DNA of 64,000 nt from contig JAUPSS010000012.1 of NCBI GenBank assembly GCA_040285825.1, positions 558,001-622,000 on the forward strand, given 5' to 3'. Each line of letters starts with the position of its first letter. Position 1 is the first letter of the stretch. Below the pieces are notes generated by a model. It was not told where the DNA came from and searched no databases. It saw only the letters and a list, made by a program, of their open reading frames with translations. This document shows positions 1 to 12,239 of this stretch, piece by piece. Both the position numbers and the translations under genes were made by a program. Origin of the DNA: Eukaryota sp. TZLM1-RC (lineage: Eukaryota > Protista > Metamonada: BaSk clade).

Positions 1-1
1 T

Positions 2-3000
2 GGTAACCGATGGATTGACTTCATGCTCAACATTGGCAGAGTTTTAACGCGTTCCACCGCTATCCAAGATGTTCGTGGTCTGACTCAACAGATGAGGCAC
101 ATCACCATCCATGGTAATCCCATCGACCGACTTCCCGAATGGGAAATTGCTTCTCACGTTATTGAGAGCATAGGTATTACAGTTATCAGGGACAGACTCC
201 TCAGGATCTGGTCCAATCCCTCCCATTACTACTCAGATGGCCACATTCTAGGAGAATTTTTCAGTGTTCTCCAAATAGAATACGAAAATTTCTGTAATGC
301 TAGATCTTTTAAGGAGCAGATCAATCACGTGGACTTCTTGTATCAAAACAGAATCTCGTTTCAGACTGAGAACCGTCGCAGACAGACGGTACCTTCTCCC
401 CCTGCTATCCCCAAACCAAGAGGTTCCAGCTCTGGCAGGCGCCCAAAACAACAACGACGAGAAGGAAGCTCTACTCAACCGTCTTCCACTCAGTCTGACG
501 CCAACGTCCAATGCAATTTCTGTAAACAAATGGGTCATCCGACTGAAAGGTGCCCTAGTGAGGACTGCCAAAGAAGCAAAAAGTGGAGAGAGCAACAAGC
601 TCAACACAAAGCTCGAGGCAGAAGTTCTAGAGGTTCTGGTTTCCGTAGTCGAAGAGGCACTCGCGGCAGAGGCAGAGGCTCTTCATCATATAATAAACGT
701 TCCCGTCACTATTTACACAGTTTTGAAACCATACCCCCTACAACTACAATGCATTCCCACACAGAAAACACAACATGGAAAGATTCCCTAATCAATCCTT
801 TGGCCAACTTGGAACATACCAAGACGCATAACATTCAAGCTAATTTCTTCTCAGAACAAGCCGAATATGATTCTGACACAATATTCATGGTACAATCCAT
901 AAAGTCCACAACCAACTGCCTTCAATTAAACTTCTTGATCAACAATGTCGAGGTTAAAGGCATAATCGACTCTGGCGCAACATGCTCAGTAGTCACGGAA
1001 GACGTCATCAGCAATTGTAACATGGCACGTTCCAACGAAACCATATCATACAAGATTGCTGATGGAACCACCTCACAGTCCCTCGGTACTGCTTCTGGAA
1101 CCCTTAGCATTAGACTAGGCAGTGTTACCCAGATTGTACACGTGAAACACAAGTTCAGCATCGTTCCTGGACATGAGACCATTCTCATTGGTGCTGACTT
1201 ATTGAGTCACCTTGGGCTGATGAACAACAAGGGCATTTATATTAGAATGGACGACGCCTGTCGCACATTACTATTACCTGAAGCTGAATTCGATCATCGA
1301 ATATCACAAGCTTCGGAAGTCGTCAACGTTTCCACACGTTGGTTGGAACACATCAACTCATCTGGTTGTACCATCAACCTCGACAACGACCATTTCAAGA
1401 AGTCCCTACTTCAAACTTTGAAAGAGTTCGAAGACGTATTTACCCTCAAGCCTCATGCTGAAGGTATTGATTGCCCTCCCATGGAAATCAACTTCTACAA
1501 CGAAGACGTCAGAGTTAGAAGACCCCCCAGGACCCTGAATCCAGCCAGGCTAGAGGTCGCTAACCAAATTTTCGACGAACTCGTAGACTCAGGATTTGCT
1601 GTCCCATCGAACCATGAGTTCAGCTCCCCTGTCTGCCTAGTGGTCTACCCAGATCACCGTAAGCCCCGCCTTACCGGTGACTATAGTGGCAAGGACGGAG
1701 TCAACGCCAACACCATCCCTGTTGAGCCCAACCTTCCAAGGATCTCCGATGTGCTGGTATTTCTCTCCCAAGCGAACTACATAGGCACCCTTGACCTCCC
1801 CAAAGCCTTTTGGCAACTCAAGATTGCCGAAAAGGATTGGCAGAAAACAGCCCTGAGCATTCCTGGCAAAAGCATCATGTTCAAACGTGCAGCTTTTGGC
1901 CTAAAGAATGTCCCAGCCGTTTTCCAAAACGTCATGGCTGACATCTTCTCGGGAGACGGTGTCTTCATTTACATAGACGACATCATAATCATAGGTTCAA
2001 CCTTTGACGAATTCATTGAACGCCTCCGTCGCGTCCTTGATCAAGCCAGATGCAAAAGAGTTTCCTTGGGACTTCCAAAGTGCCATTTCGTGTCTTCCAG
2101 ACACCCAATCAAGATACTGGGCAGTGTTTTCCAAAACAAACAGCGGACTATCGATCCCACTCGCGTTGAATCTTTGCTGAATCTACCTAGACCAAAGACA
2201 ATCAAAGACGTCCGCAGCCTCGTAGGATCAGTCAACTTCATTAGAGAATGGCTTCCTCAGGTATCTGAGCTCATCGCTCCTATCATCAGATTGACTAAGA
2301 AGGATGGAAATAACTCCAAAGTTAAACCCAAACCCCGCGCGCAACGCCTTCAATGGACCGACATGCACGACGGACTCCTTCAAAAGATCAAACAACTGAT
2401 AGCAAAGCACATGCCGCTCAGCTTACCGCCGCTGGAAAACCAAATTTTAATTAGTTGCGACGCATCCGACATTGCTGTAGGCGGTGTCATTTGGGAACAA
2501 ATCGAACAAGTCGACGACCCCGGTACCCCCCTAATCAACAGGAAATGTAGGCCTATCAGTTTCTTCAGCCGGTTGTTAACCAACTCGCAAAAGAACTGGC
2601 CGACAAACCAAAAGGAACTCTATGCTATCCTACTCATGTTAACTCAAAGTGGTTTTGAAAACTACTTGAAAGGAAGGAAACTGGTTATATTCACAGACCA
2701 TCAAAACCTTACCTACATGTTCACGGCTCCTGAGAAGAACAGAATTGTAACAAGATGGTTACCCATATTCTCTGAATTCTGCTTTGATTTGGTACATACC
2801 AAAGGGGAAGATAACTTCTGGGCTGATATGTTGTCTCGAATAGTTCCGCCTATAGACCATCAAGAGATCAATCATTTGTCCCATCAAATGCCTCCAAATT
2901 TTCATCCAATATTTTACATTGATAAAATTGATGGAACAGAAAATGAAAGATACTACATCGAAGACTTAAACAACTTCGAACGTATCATGGTCATCAGAGA

Positions 3001-3355
3001 ACGATGTTCCAACGACCTGCCTATTTTCGAGCCATGGCTCTGTAGGATTAGGTCCGAACAGAAGCTTGCCATAGCTTCCAAAGACCCCTCTTTCAACAAC
3101 TGTGTTCATAACAATCATCTTGATTTATATATGACTCACGACAACAAGATAGTGATTCCCAAATCACTCATTAAGGACACCCTTAACTTGTTGCATGGAC
3201 TTCTGCAAGGAGGTCATCCAAGCAAAGCTGAAAGCCTGAACAAGCTCAGGAACAGCGACTATTGGTGGCCAAACATGCTCACCGACATGAATAAGCACGT
3301 CCAAGAATGCCCCTCCTGTCAGAAAACAAAGCCAGTTCCCAAACTGCATGTTCCC
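2..3355 (+). CDS. Gag-Pol polyprotein, part 1 (Gag zinc knuckle, aspartic protease, RT, RNase H, integrase HHCC)
   Basis: CNFCKQMGHPTERC (CX2CX4HX4C), IIDSGAT, LDLPKAFWQ, FGLKN, YIDD, CDASD, TDH, ADMLSR, H..GGHP..WWP..CPSC. The frame is open back to base 2, so the start is upstream. No gag/pol frameshift. Confidence 0.93.
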
Positions 3356-4521
3356 CAACCGGTTCATTGTGGGCTGACAGACCTTTTGCTCGCGTCAACG
3401 CCGACGTCATTGGTCCTCTTCCAGAAGATCAAGAAGGCTACAAATACATCCTCGTATTTATTGACAGCTTCTCTAGGTTCACGATCATCGTGCCTTTAAA
3501 AGAGATAAATGCCAATCTTACTGCAGATGCATTAATTTGGAAAGTCTGTGCCATCTTTGGTATTCCATTTCAAATCCACAGCGATAATGGACCCGAATTT
3601 TCCAAGGCTGTCTTTGACGAATTAAGCAAATTTTTGGGCATAGAGGTGTCAAAGTCAATACCTAGGTTTTCTCCGTCCAACGGCTTGGTAGAGCGCCGAC
3701 ACAGAGACATCCTGCAAAACCTACGGAAATTGCTCGTAGACTTCAATGCCTACGATGTGTGGTCCGAATACTTGCCTTATGTGCAATTATTGATCAACTC
3801 TTCCAAGAGCTCTATAACCAACCACACCCCATACCAAGTGATCTTTGGCTCAGATGTGTCCCCCAGATCAGACCCTGGCAAAATTCTTGAAATCATTGAA
3901 AGCTCGACGTCTGAGTCATCTTTTATTCAAGAAATTCAATCTAAATTTCGAAGATTGAAAGAGAAACAGGAAAAGGCAGCACACCATCAAGCTTCCAAAG
4001 CTTCCAAGCTAACTAGATCGTCAACTCCAAACCCTTTTGAAGTTGGTCAATTGGTATTGAGAGCATCCGGCTCTTCCGCTAAGCTTCATGGAGACTATTT
4101 AGGACCCTTCCTAATTACTGAAATCGTATCCAATTCGTCTGTGAATATTAAGAACCTCTGCACAGGTACGATTGTACAAGCTAGCGTCAAACATTTAACA
4201 CCCTGGCACTCCAGCTTGCCCACCAACGATGAGTTCCACTCCTGGGTCGCTGCAGGTGATGTCGAAGAACACATCATTGAAAAAGTGCTCAGTCAGGATG
4301 GTGACTTTTGCCAAGTGCAATGGCCTGGAAAAGAGATCACCACTGAACATGTGTCTACAATCCATAATACTGCCGCGTATAAAGACTTTATCAAGACTTC
4401 AAAAGCACGTCGCCGTACTAAATCCGCTCCTCCCAAGAAGCGTCATATTTCCATTAGTTCACCTCCTGTGACTAGAGCTTCCAGGGCTCGTCGCTCGAAA
4501 GAGAGGAAAAGGCAGTGTTAG
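3356..4521 (+). CDS. Pol part 2: integrase DDE core, GPY/F module, chromodomain-like region and basic tail; joined to part 1 by a 1-nt frameshift in a C run near 3355
   Basis: ADVIGPLP, IDSFSRF, SDNGPEF, NGLVERRHR, KL..YLGPF, EHIIEKVL..QVQWPG; one extra C in GTTCCCCAACC would fuse the two frames. Confidence 0.9.
4497..4515 (+). promoter_or_regulatory. Polypurine tract of the Gypsy element
   Basis: GAAAGAGAGGAAAAGGCAG immediately 5' of TGTTAG. Confidence 0.8.
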
Positions 4522-4656
4522 TCTTGAATAGTATTTATAGTTAATAGTTTAGTTATTAGTATTCCGCCTGTTAGCTTAAGAAGAGAGAATACAATTCCTC
4601 TTCCTAATAAATTACACTTCTGTTATACTACACTGTATGAATTCTAACTCACAACA
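4516..4656 (+). repeat. 3' LTR, about 141 bp
   Basis: Starts TGTT directly after the PPT, ends AACA; TATA-like TATTTATA near 4532, AATAAA at 4606. The 5' LTR is not in the window, so the right end is inferred. Confidence 0.65.
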
Positions 4657-7600
4657 GCCAAGACCATCACTTAAGCTGTAACACTCTCCTCGCTGAGTTC
4701 AGATAGTGACAATGGCACTAATTGGGACCTGCGAATCTCATACTGCCTGTTCACTTCTTCCTACTTCATTTTCTTCATCTCATCGTCCTACACACCCTGT
4801 TCTCTCTTCAAATTTTTTACAAAAAAATTCAAAAATTCAAAAATTCAAAAAATCAATTCCACTCCATTTAAGCCACAATTTCGTTCCTTACGTTTTGCTG
4901 CGCGTTCTGTCAACAACTCTGTTTCTGCAAAACTGTTTTCACCTTCTGAAATTCGAACAACCGCAAAAACTACTGTCAATGACAATCATGGCTCGATTAA
5001 CAGAGAAATGTTCAGAACATCTACTTCTAGCTCACCGGTTGACAAAATAGAAATGACTGAAAAATGAAACCAATACCATTGAAAACTGGAAAAGTTCATT
5101 CCAAGAGTTGTGGTAAATGTCGTCAACCCGGACATAACGTTAAAACATGTCCCCAAATAAAACAAGAACAATTTTAAGCTCGTGCTGCATCTGCTGATTT
5201 GGAACAATCACTCTCTTCGTTACCCATAAATGATGATAATGCTGATCAAGAAATACCAGCAATATTACCTGTAAATTCATCCATTTATTCTCCGTATAAT
5301 AAGTGTATCTTTTGTACTAAAAATTTGGGCATTAATTCTTCCGGCCGGCCATTACGTTTTTGCGAATCTTGTAAAGCTGTTGATTTTTTGAGGCCCCCAA
5401 TACGTGTAAGTCCTCTATCTTGCATCCCCTTTTCCATTAGTTTTCGAAAATTTACTACCAATCTGAAAAAAGGCATATGAGATGTAACACCGCTATGGAA
5501 ATTTTTTTAGTTTAAAGATAAAAAATATTGTCATCGAAATCAAAATTTCGTCCTTCAGTCATGAAAGAAAAAATTGTTCGAATATTAGCTTTAAAGGGAC
5601 GCTATGGTTCCGCTAAGCAATGCCTATTTTCATCTCAACTTGCTGAATGTAATGAAAATACTATTGGTCAACTTACTAGTCTCCATCCTGTTGAAAATTT
5701 CAAGTGCCCTAAACCTAATAATGTTAGTTATTGGAAGCAAAATCCCCTAACTAATGATGAACTATTTGAATTGATTAACCAGTTACCATCTGGTAAAGCG
5801 CCTGGTCCATCAATGATCACTTTTGACATGTTAAAATCCAATGTGAACCAATGTCCTGAATGCATTGATGATTTGGTTTTCCTTTTCGACAAAATTTTAA
5901 CATTAAAAATCAAGCTTCCATCTGATATGACAAGTTCACGCTTAATTGCTTTAAGACAGAATGAATCAAAAATAAGGCCTATTGCAATTAATGAATCTTT
6001 TTCTCGTATTCTTGCTTCAGCTGTTTTTGACAGGATTGGTAAAAAAGCTAAAGATTTTTTTAGTCTTTTCCAATTTGGAATTAAAACAGTTGATGGTGCA
6101 TCTTCTGCAGCACTCTCTTCTGATGTCTCTTATTTCAAATACTTCGAATTATATTTTGAATTTAGATTTTAAAAACGCTTTCACTGCAGTGAAGAGGTCG
6201 TCGAGCTTGCCCTTACTTCAAACTCATTTTCCAAAAGCTGAGTCGTTCTTTTACAATTTTTTATGGCTCACAGTCGACTCTTGTATATGAGGAATTCAAT
6301 CTTATATCATCATCTGGTGTCATACAAGGTGATCCATTAGGTCCTTTCTTTTTCTGCCTTGCTATCCATCCTTTAATGTGTGAATTAAAACAAGAATTTC
6401 CAGATGTTCATATAACTGCTTATATGGATGACATATCAACAATTGGTCCAGTTGATTCATTGAAAACAATTGCTGAAATTGTTCAACAGCTCTATTATCA
6501 AATTGGTCTTTCTCTCAATATTTCCAAATGTTTATTGATTGGTAGAGAGCCTGCTGATCTCATTATTGATGATCAAAGCGTTCCTTTTATCAATTATTTT
6601 GAATCAGGATTTCGTTTTTCGGGTTGTTATTTAGGCAATTTTAATGAAATTCGAAATCAACTTTCCTCTCTTTTGGATAATTTTGAAGAGGAAATGATTG
6701 TTCTTTAAGATTTAAATATCGAAAAACATCTTAAATCTTTCTTCCTCAGAATTTGTTATTCAGGGAAATTTGCTCATATCCTACGATCAACATCACCATC
6801 TATCTCTCTCGAATTTTGCAGAATTTTCAATGAATTAAGAACAAAAATTTTTCTTAATTTGCTTGACATTGATTCTTCTTATTTACGCAGTCACATTTTT
6901 TGTAGCGCAGAATTGGGGGGGGGGCTAGTTTTTCACAAATCTAAATAGTTGTGTAAAGCTGCATTTAATGGTGGAGGCAAAAATTTCGTTTTTGAATTTT
7001 TGAAACGTTTTCCCGAAAACCAACACTTAAAAGAATATTGTGTTAGTGACTATTTAGTATCCTTGCCGAATGAAATTGAATGCATCTCTCCTCACATATG
7101 GTCCAAATGCTTTCCCGACGTTATTCAAGAAATTCCACCCAGGAGTTTGATTTCCTTGAAATTTGCATATGCTAAATTGCAGAAAAAGATATTAAAAGTT
7201 TTTGAAAACTTGGATCTCACTGTTCGTCTTAGCTTGGCTAAAGAAAAGAATCCCGTTTTTGCAAACTTTTGAATTGATCTTAAGGAAAGTAGCTCAAGTT
7301 GTCTCATTTCCCAGATTTTAAATGTATATGGTTTATTATTAAATGATCATCAATGGACAACTGCCTTCAGGATGAGGTGTTTTCTGTGGCCATGTAGTGT
7401 GCCAAATGATTTGATTTGTCGCTGTGGTCAGCTCATTAATCTGAATCATTTATTTAATTACAAATTTAATATTAGATATCGCTCAGTTGTCCACGATGCT
7501 GTTAGAGACCAACTATACGCTATGTGCAAAAGTCATCACCTTGAAGCTTTTGTTGAACTACTTGTGCGAAGGTTGTCATCTAAGAATGAAGATGAAAATA

Positions 7601-8129
7601 CTTTTGGGAAACGATGTGCTGATTTAATTACCCCTGGGTCTGATGGTGTTAATAAAGTTGTTGACGTTGTCACTGTTGATGTTTGTAAAGACTCAGCAAT
7701 TGATTTTGCTAAAAGAGATGAAACTCCACTTTGCTTTGCTGAAAAGAGCAAAATCAAAAAGTACAATGAATTCTTATCTCAGCTAGGACGTGTTGAGCAT
7801 GTAAAGTATCAGTTGGTTCCATTTGCTGTTTCTCTTTTTGGTAACATTGGAATATCTGGCATTAATTTTCTTGAAGGTTTCAGAAGTTTAATAAAAGAAA
7901 GAGCAGGAAAAGAATTGAAATTCAATTTCTGGCACAATAGAATTGTTTTCAGTATTCTTAAAGCAATTCCAGAAATGTTGATGAAAGCATTGTTACAATT
8001 AGGAATAGAGTATGAAAATCGCGCGCTTAAAAGATTTGATGATGTTGATGCGTGTATTGAGGATATTGAGTTCTAGTTTTTTTGTTTAATGTTTTGTTAG
8101 CGTTGAAAATAAATTTCTTATTAAAAAAA
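4657..8129 (+). mobile_element. Near full-length but decayed non-LTR retrotransposon with RT and restriction-like endonuclease (CRE-like)
   Basis: N-terminal CGKCRQPGHNVKTC and CIFC..FCESC; RT motifs GKAPGPS, IRPIAI, FQFGI, LDFKNAF, QGDPLGP, YMDD; C-terminal CRCG..H, HDAVRD, ADL..DV, K.KKY, VPFAVSLFG; AATAAA and A run near 8108-8129; many stops and frameshifts. Confidence 0.9.
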
Positions 8130-9295
8130 CAATTTGGTGGTGTTGGCTTTACTAAATCTTCAATTCTTTGTCAAGCAGCTTTTGTTGATGGTGGAAAAAA
8201 TTATGTTTTTGAATGTCTCAATCATTTCCCTGAGGATATTCATTTGCTTAGTCCATCATTTTCAAAAAATTTGTATAACCTTCATGTTGCTATTAATAGA
8301 ATTGCACCAGAATTTTGGTCTCAATGTTTTCCCGACTCAGTTCAAGAGATTCCTCCACGAAATTTAGTTAATTTAAGGTATTTTGTAAAGAAGCTTCAAC
8401 AAAAACTGACAGTATTATTTGAAGGCGTGGATTATGAAGTACGGCTTTGCATTGTCAAACAAAAAAACCCCGCTTTTGCAAATTATTTACTCGATTTTTG
8501 CGATAGTTCTGCTTCTTGTTTAATTAATCAAGTACCAAGAACTTATGGTTTGTTTCTAGATGACCCTTGTTATTCATTATCTATGCGTCTTCGATCTTTT
8601 ATTTGGCCTGATAATCTTCTTTCATGTGGAAAGACTATCACTCCCACCCATTTATTTAATTGTAATCGTTTTAGATCAAAAGTGCATGATGTTGTTCGTG
8701 ATCAGCTCTATTGTATGTTTAGGTCCTACAAGATCGAATCATTATTAGAACCTTTGCTTTCAAATTTGGCTGATGAAGCTGACAGAAATTCTTTTGGTGA
8801 TAGTCGCGGTGATGTGTTAGTCCCCGGTCTCTATGGATCAATGATCATTATTGATGTCAGATCTACTGATGTATCAAACAGCTCAAATAAATAACTGGCA
8901 TCATCTTAGAATTCACCTTTACGTAGAGCTGAAGAAGCGAAACTTATCAAATATGCAGAAAAAATCTGGAAAATGAATTGCAACTCACATACTCAATACC
9001 TTCTTTGTCCATTTGCTCTTTCTTTATTTGGAACCTTGGGTAAAACTGCTGTATCTTTTATAGACGATTTTTCATCTATTGTCAAAAACAAAACTGGAAG
9101 AATATTTGACCGAACCTTTTGGCAAAATAGAATTGTATTTTCTATTTTTAAAGAAAGGCATAGCCTAATTTCTAACTCGTTGTTATTATCACTAGGAAGG
9201 TTTTATGAAGAAAATGCTGTAGGTAAATTTTCGATCGAAGAAGTAGATTTTGAGGAAATTGATCTTTAGTTTTGAACAATTTCGTTTAAATAGAA
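8130..9295 (+). mobile_element. 5'-truncated CRE-like non-LTR retrotransposon (second subfamily), in tandem with the first
   Basis: FGGVGF, SCGK..HLFNC, HDVVRD, RGDV..IDV, CPFALSLFGTLG; in-frame stops near 8894-8910. Confidence 0.85.
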
Positions 9296-9693
9296 TAAGT
9301 TTCCAAAAAAAATTGCCAAAACAATCTGTTGAAATTGCTGTTAGTTCTTCTCTTTACAATCATTTCATAATCTTCCAAAAAGCGTATAGTCGTGGGAGCA
9401 AGTGGACCAAACAGAGAAAATACAAATGGATACAATTTGTTTTTTGCATGCTGTTGGGTAAACAATTTGAACAAAGGTTCATTGTATTTTTTGAATTTAA
9501 AATTTTCAGCATTTGAAAGGGGATTATGAATTTCAGAATTAACAAGCCTTTCATTTGAGGCATTACAAGGATCAACAGACATTACATCCAATAAAATGAA
9601 GCTTCCATCTAATCCAGGTAATATGACATCACCTCTATTATTCTTGTGAAAATCATCTTCTGCGTCAAAGAGATTTGACAACAGAGGTTCCAA
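9286..9693 (-). mobile_element. RLE-domain fragment of a third CRE-like subfamily, inverted
   Basis: EPLL..RGDVILP..LDV..KKY..PFVFSLFG. Confidence 0.8.
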
Positions 9694-9848
9694 ACTTGGG
9701 TCTGTATTAAAAATAATTTTCGGAATAATGGTTGTAATAGATGTTTAGTATCAAATACTTCCTTTGTGGATCTGATTATTGTGTTTGCTCTCCTAATTCC
9801 GTGAAAAATATATTTTATTTTTTTTATTTTTTTTATTTATTTATCTCG

Positions 9849-12239
9849 CTAAATAACATTACTCTTTTGAGACTGACGAACCTCCAAAAAGGTCATTTGA
9901 CTTTCCTCCTCCCTGAGCCTCCTCATAATTTCCCTTTTCGCCATCTCAATATTGCCAATCTCCGTACTTTCAATTGCCAAATGTAACCCTCGCTGGCCCA
10001 ATTTTTCTTTTCCAGGAGGAACATGCGTTCCTCTAACCACAATCTGAACATTACAATAAGTACATAGAGATTCCACCACATCTTTGTTTGTGATCATTTT
10101 TCGCACTCGTTGTGGATAACTATTTATATCAAAATCTTCAGTGTAATAACCAGTTTTACCTGCAGCAACATCTGCCATTGCTGATAGTTTCGAGGCTTCA
10201 GATGCTGCTTGTCTAACTCTAGCAATTCTATCTTTTACCGATAACGTTTCATCCACGTCATCAATCTTGACTTCTGTTGACTTCTTTGGTTTTGAACCTA
10301 TTTGGGCAATCACCTTCTCTTTATCTATTGTTTCGACCTCTTCGTCACTTTCCTCAACCTCAATACCAGCTTGTAAACGCTGGAATTTCCGCATTTTCTC
10401 CTGCTCGCTTGCTTCCTTCTCATCAAATTTAAAACCTTGACCACCAAAACCTCCAAATTTTCTTCCTTTTTCTTGCTTTTCCTTAACCTTTTTCAAAAAA
10501 TTCTGGGCCATTTCAATTAACAACGACGGGATTTCTTCCCCTGTCTCCCTCAACGCTCGTACCAAATCTGGAGCAAACCTTGCTTCATCAGGCTGCAGAA
10601 ATGTCACTGCCTTTCCTTTCCTTCCCGCCCTACCTGTTCTCCCCACTCTATGTACATAGTCCTCTAAGTGGTTGGGAGCATCATAATTAACCACCAGATT
10701 GAGGTCTTTGACGTCCAAACCTCTCGCAGCAATGGAGGTAGCTATAAGGACGGAGAAAACACCATTTTTAAAATCTATAATAGTAGAATCTCTGTCATTT
10801 TGATCCATTGTGCCGTGCAGTACTCCACTAGAAAACCCTGCAGACACTAATTCTTTGAATAAAAGTCCAGAACTATCTTGACGCTCGACGAAAATCAACG
10901 ACTTTCCTGTCGATTCTCTCAAAATTTCGACTAGTTTGTCAAATTTTTCGACACGTGGCACAATATAAACAACTTGCTGAATTTCGCCACACACTCTACT
11001 TCTACCTCCTATGATAACTCTTATAGGTTTATTCAAAGTACTTTTAGCCAAAGCTTCCATTGGTCTAGGAAAAGTTGCCGAAAACATGACCAGTTGCCGG
11101 TCAGGTCTTGTACATTCAAGAATCTTTTTGATCTGGGGTTCAAAACCTAAATCAAACATGCGATCTGCTTCATCAATTACAACAATAGAAACCCGAAATA
11201 AATTAGTAACAGTACCATTATTGACCGTCAACATATCGATCAATCGTCCTGGAGTTGCAATAATAATGTCACACCCCCGACGTAGATCGGCGATTTGCTC
11301 TGAGACATGAGACCCGCCATATAAGCAAACCGAACGCAAGTCCAACACAGAGCCAAATCTTTTTGCTTCACTAAACGTTTGCATTGCCAATTCCCTCGTT
11401 GGAGCTAGTATTAATCCTTTTGGTCCATCACCACGACGTAAAGGTGGCTGCATGAGAAGATGGCGGAGGAGGGGGAGGAGGAAAGCGAGTGTCTTACCAC
11501 TTCCTGTCTTGGCGATACCAACCATATCGTAACCTGAACTGATGATTGGAATTGATTGGGATTGGATTGGTGTAGGATGCTTGAAATCCAAAAGAGACAG
11601 AAGGTCCAGTAAACGTTGAGGTAGACCGGATTGATACCATGAAATGATTGGGCAAGGTGCCACCTCATCACCACGTGATTTGATTGATGATTGGGGTCCA
11701 GTTATGCGAATGTTATCCATTTGAACACGTAGTTCTTCTACTTGACTGGGAGAGAGTGATGATAGTTCACGTGATTGTATGTAAAAGTTCTTTTTGATTG
11801 GATAATAATCAATCAAATCATGATTGGGGGCCATCAAGACTTTCGCAGAGAGCTTCCTCAATGGTTGTTTTATTTCTTCTCTATGCTGTTGCTGATCAGA
11901 GGTACTCGTACCTGCTTCTTCAACAGATTCAGCAATATGAGAGCTGGGGGTTAGAGAGAAATCACTGGTCATAAGTTGTGAGGTTGATAATGCCATACGC
12001 TCATTATTGGCATCACTAGGCAGGTCCATGGATGACATGAATGCCTGGAAAGGGTCCACAGAGGAAGTGGGGGAAGTGGAAGGAACACGAGCAGGTTCAG
12101 GTTGTTTGTCCTTGTGGCGACGTTCCCTCCATGACTGAAGCTTGCTTTTTCCAGGGTTTGGTTCAGAAGAATCACGACGTCGAGTTTTTGAGGGAGGGGA
12201 AGTTTTATGGGATGCAGTTCGATATGAAGAACGTCTCAT
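9849..12239 (-). CDS. PRP5: DEAD-box pre-mRNA splicing helicase Prp5/DDX46
   Basis: PTPIQ, AKTGSGKT, PTRELA, TPGR, DEADRMFDLGFEPQ, RPDRQ, SAT, ARGLD, HRVGRTGRAG, GFGGQGFKFD and the C-terminal DINSYPQ..R KH-like domain typical of DDX46; intronless 796 aa. Confidence 0.92.
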   Translation of the reverse strand: MRRSSYRTASHKTSPPSKTRRRDSSEPNPGKSKLQSWRERRHKDKQPEPARVPSTSPTSSVDPFQAFMSSMDLPSDANNERMALSTSQLMTSDFSLTPSSHIAESVEEAGTSTSDQQQHREEIKQPLRKLSAKVLMAPNHDLIDYYPIKKNFYIQSRELSSLSPSQVEELRVQMDNIRITGPQSSIKSRGDEVAPCPIISWYQSGLPQRLLDLLSLLDFKHPTPIQSQSIPIISSGYDMVGIAKTGSGKTLAFLLPLLRHLLMQPPLRRGDGPKGLILAPTRELAMQTFSEAKRFGSVLDLRSVCLYGGSHVSEQIADLRRGCDIIIATPGRLIDMLTVNNGTVTNLFRVSIVVIDEADRMFDLGFEPQIKKILECTRPDRQLVMFSATFPRPMEALAKSTLNKPIRVIIGGRSRVCGEIQQVVYIVPRVEKFDKLVEILRESTGKSLIFVERQDSSGLLFKELVSAGFSSGVLHGTMDQNDRDSTIIDFKNGVFSVLIATSIAARGLDVKDLNLVVNYDAPNHLEDYVHRVGRTGRAGRKGKAVTFLQPDEARFAPDLVRALRETGEEIPSLLIEMAQNFLKKVKEKQEKGRKFGGFGGQGFKFDEKEASEQEKMRKFQRLQAGIEVEESDEEVETIDKEKVIAQIGSKPKKSTEVKIDDVDETLSVKDRIARVRQAASEASKLSAMADVAAGKTGYYTEDFDINSYPQRVRKMITNKDVVESLCTYCNVQIVVRGTHVPPGKEKLGQRGLHLAIESTEIGNIEMAKREIMRRLREEESQMTFLEVRQSQKSNVI

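Larger units (their letters stand above)
1..4656 (+). mobile_element. Ty3/Gypsy LTR retrotransposon, chromovirus-like; 5' part lies outside the window
   Basis: Domain order gag-PR-RT-RNaseH-IN-chromodomain, then a polypurine tract and a TG...CA bounded AT-rich segment. Confidence 0.95.

Noticed and set aside
3340-3365. Programmed ribosomal frameshift in pol
   Set aside because: Falls inside the integrase in a C run, with no canonical slippery heptamer; a mutation or sequencing error is more likely
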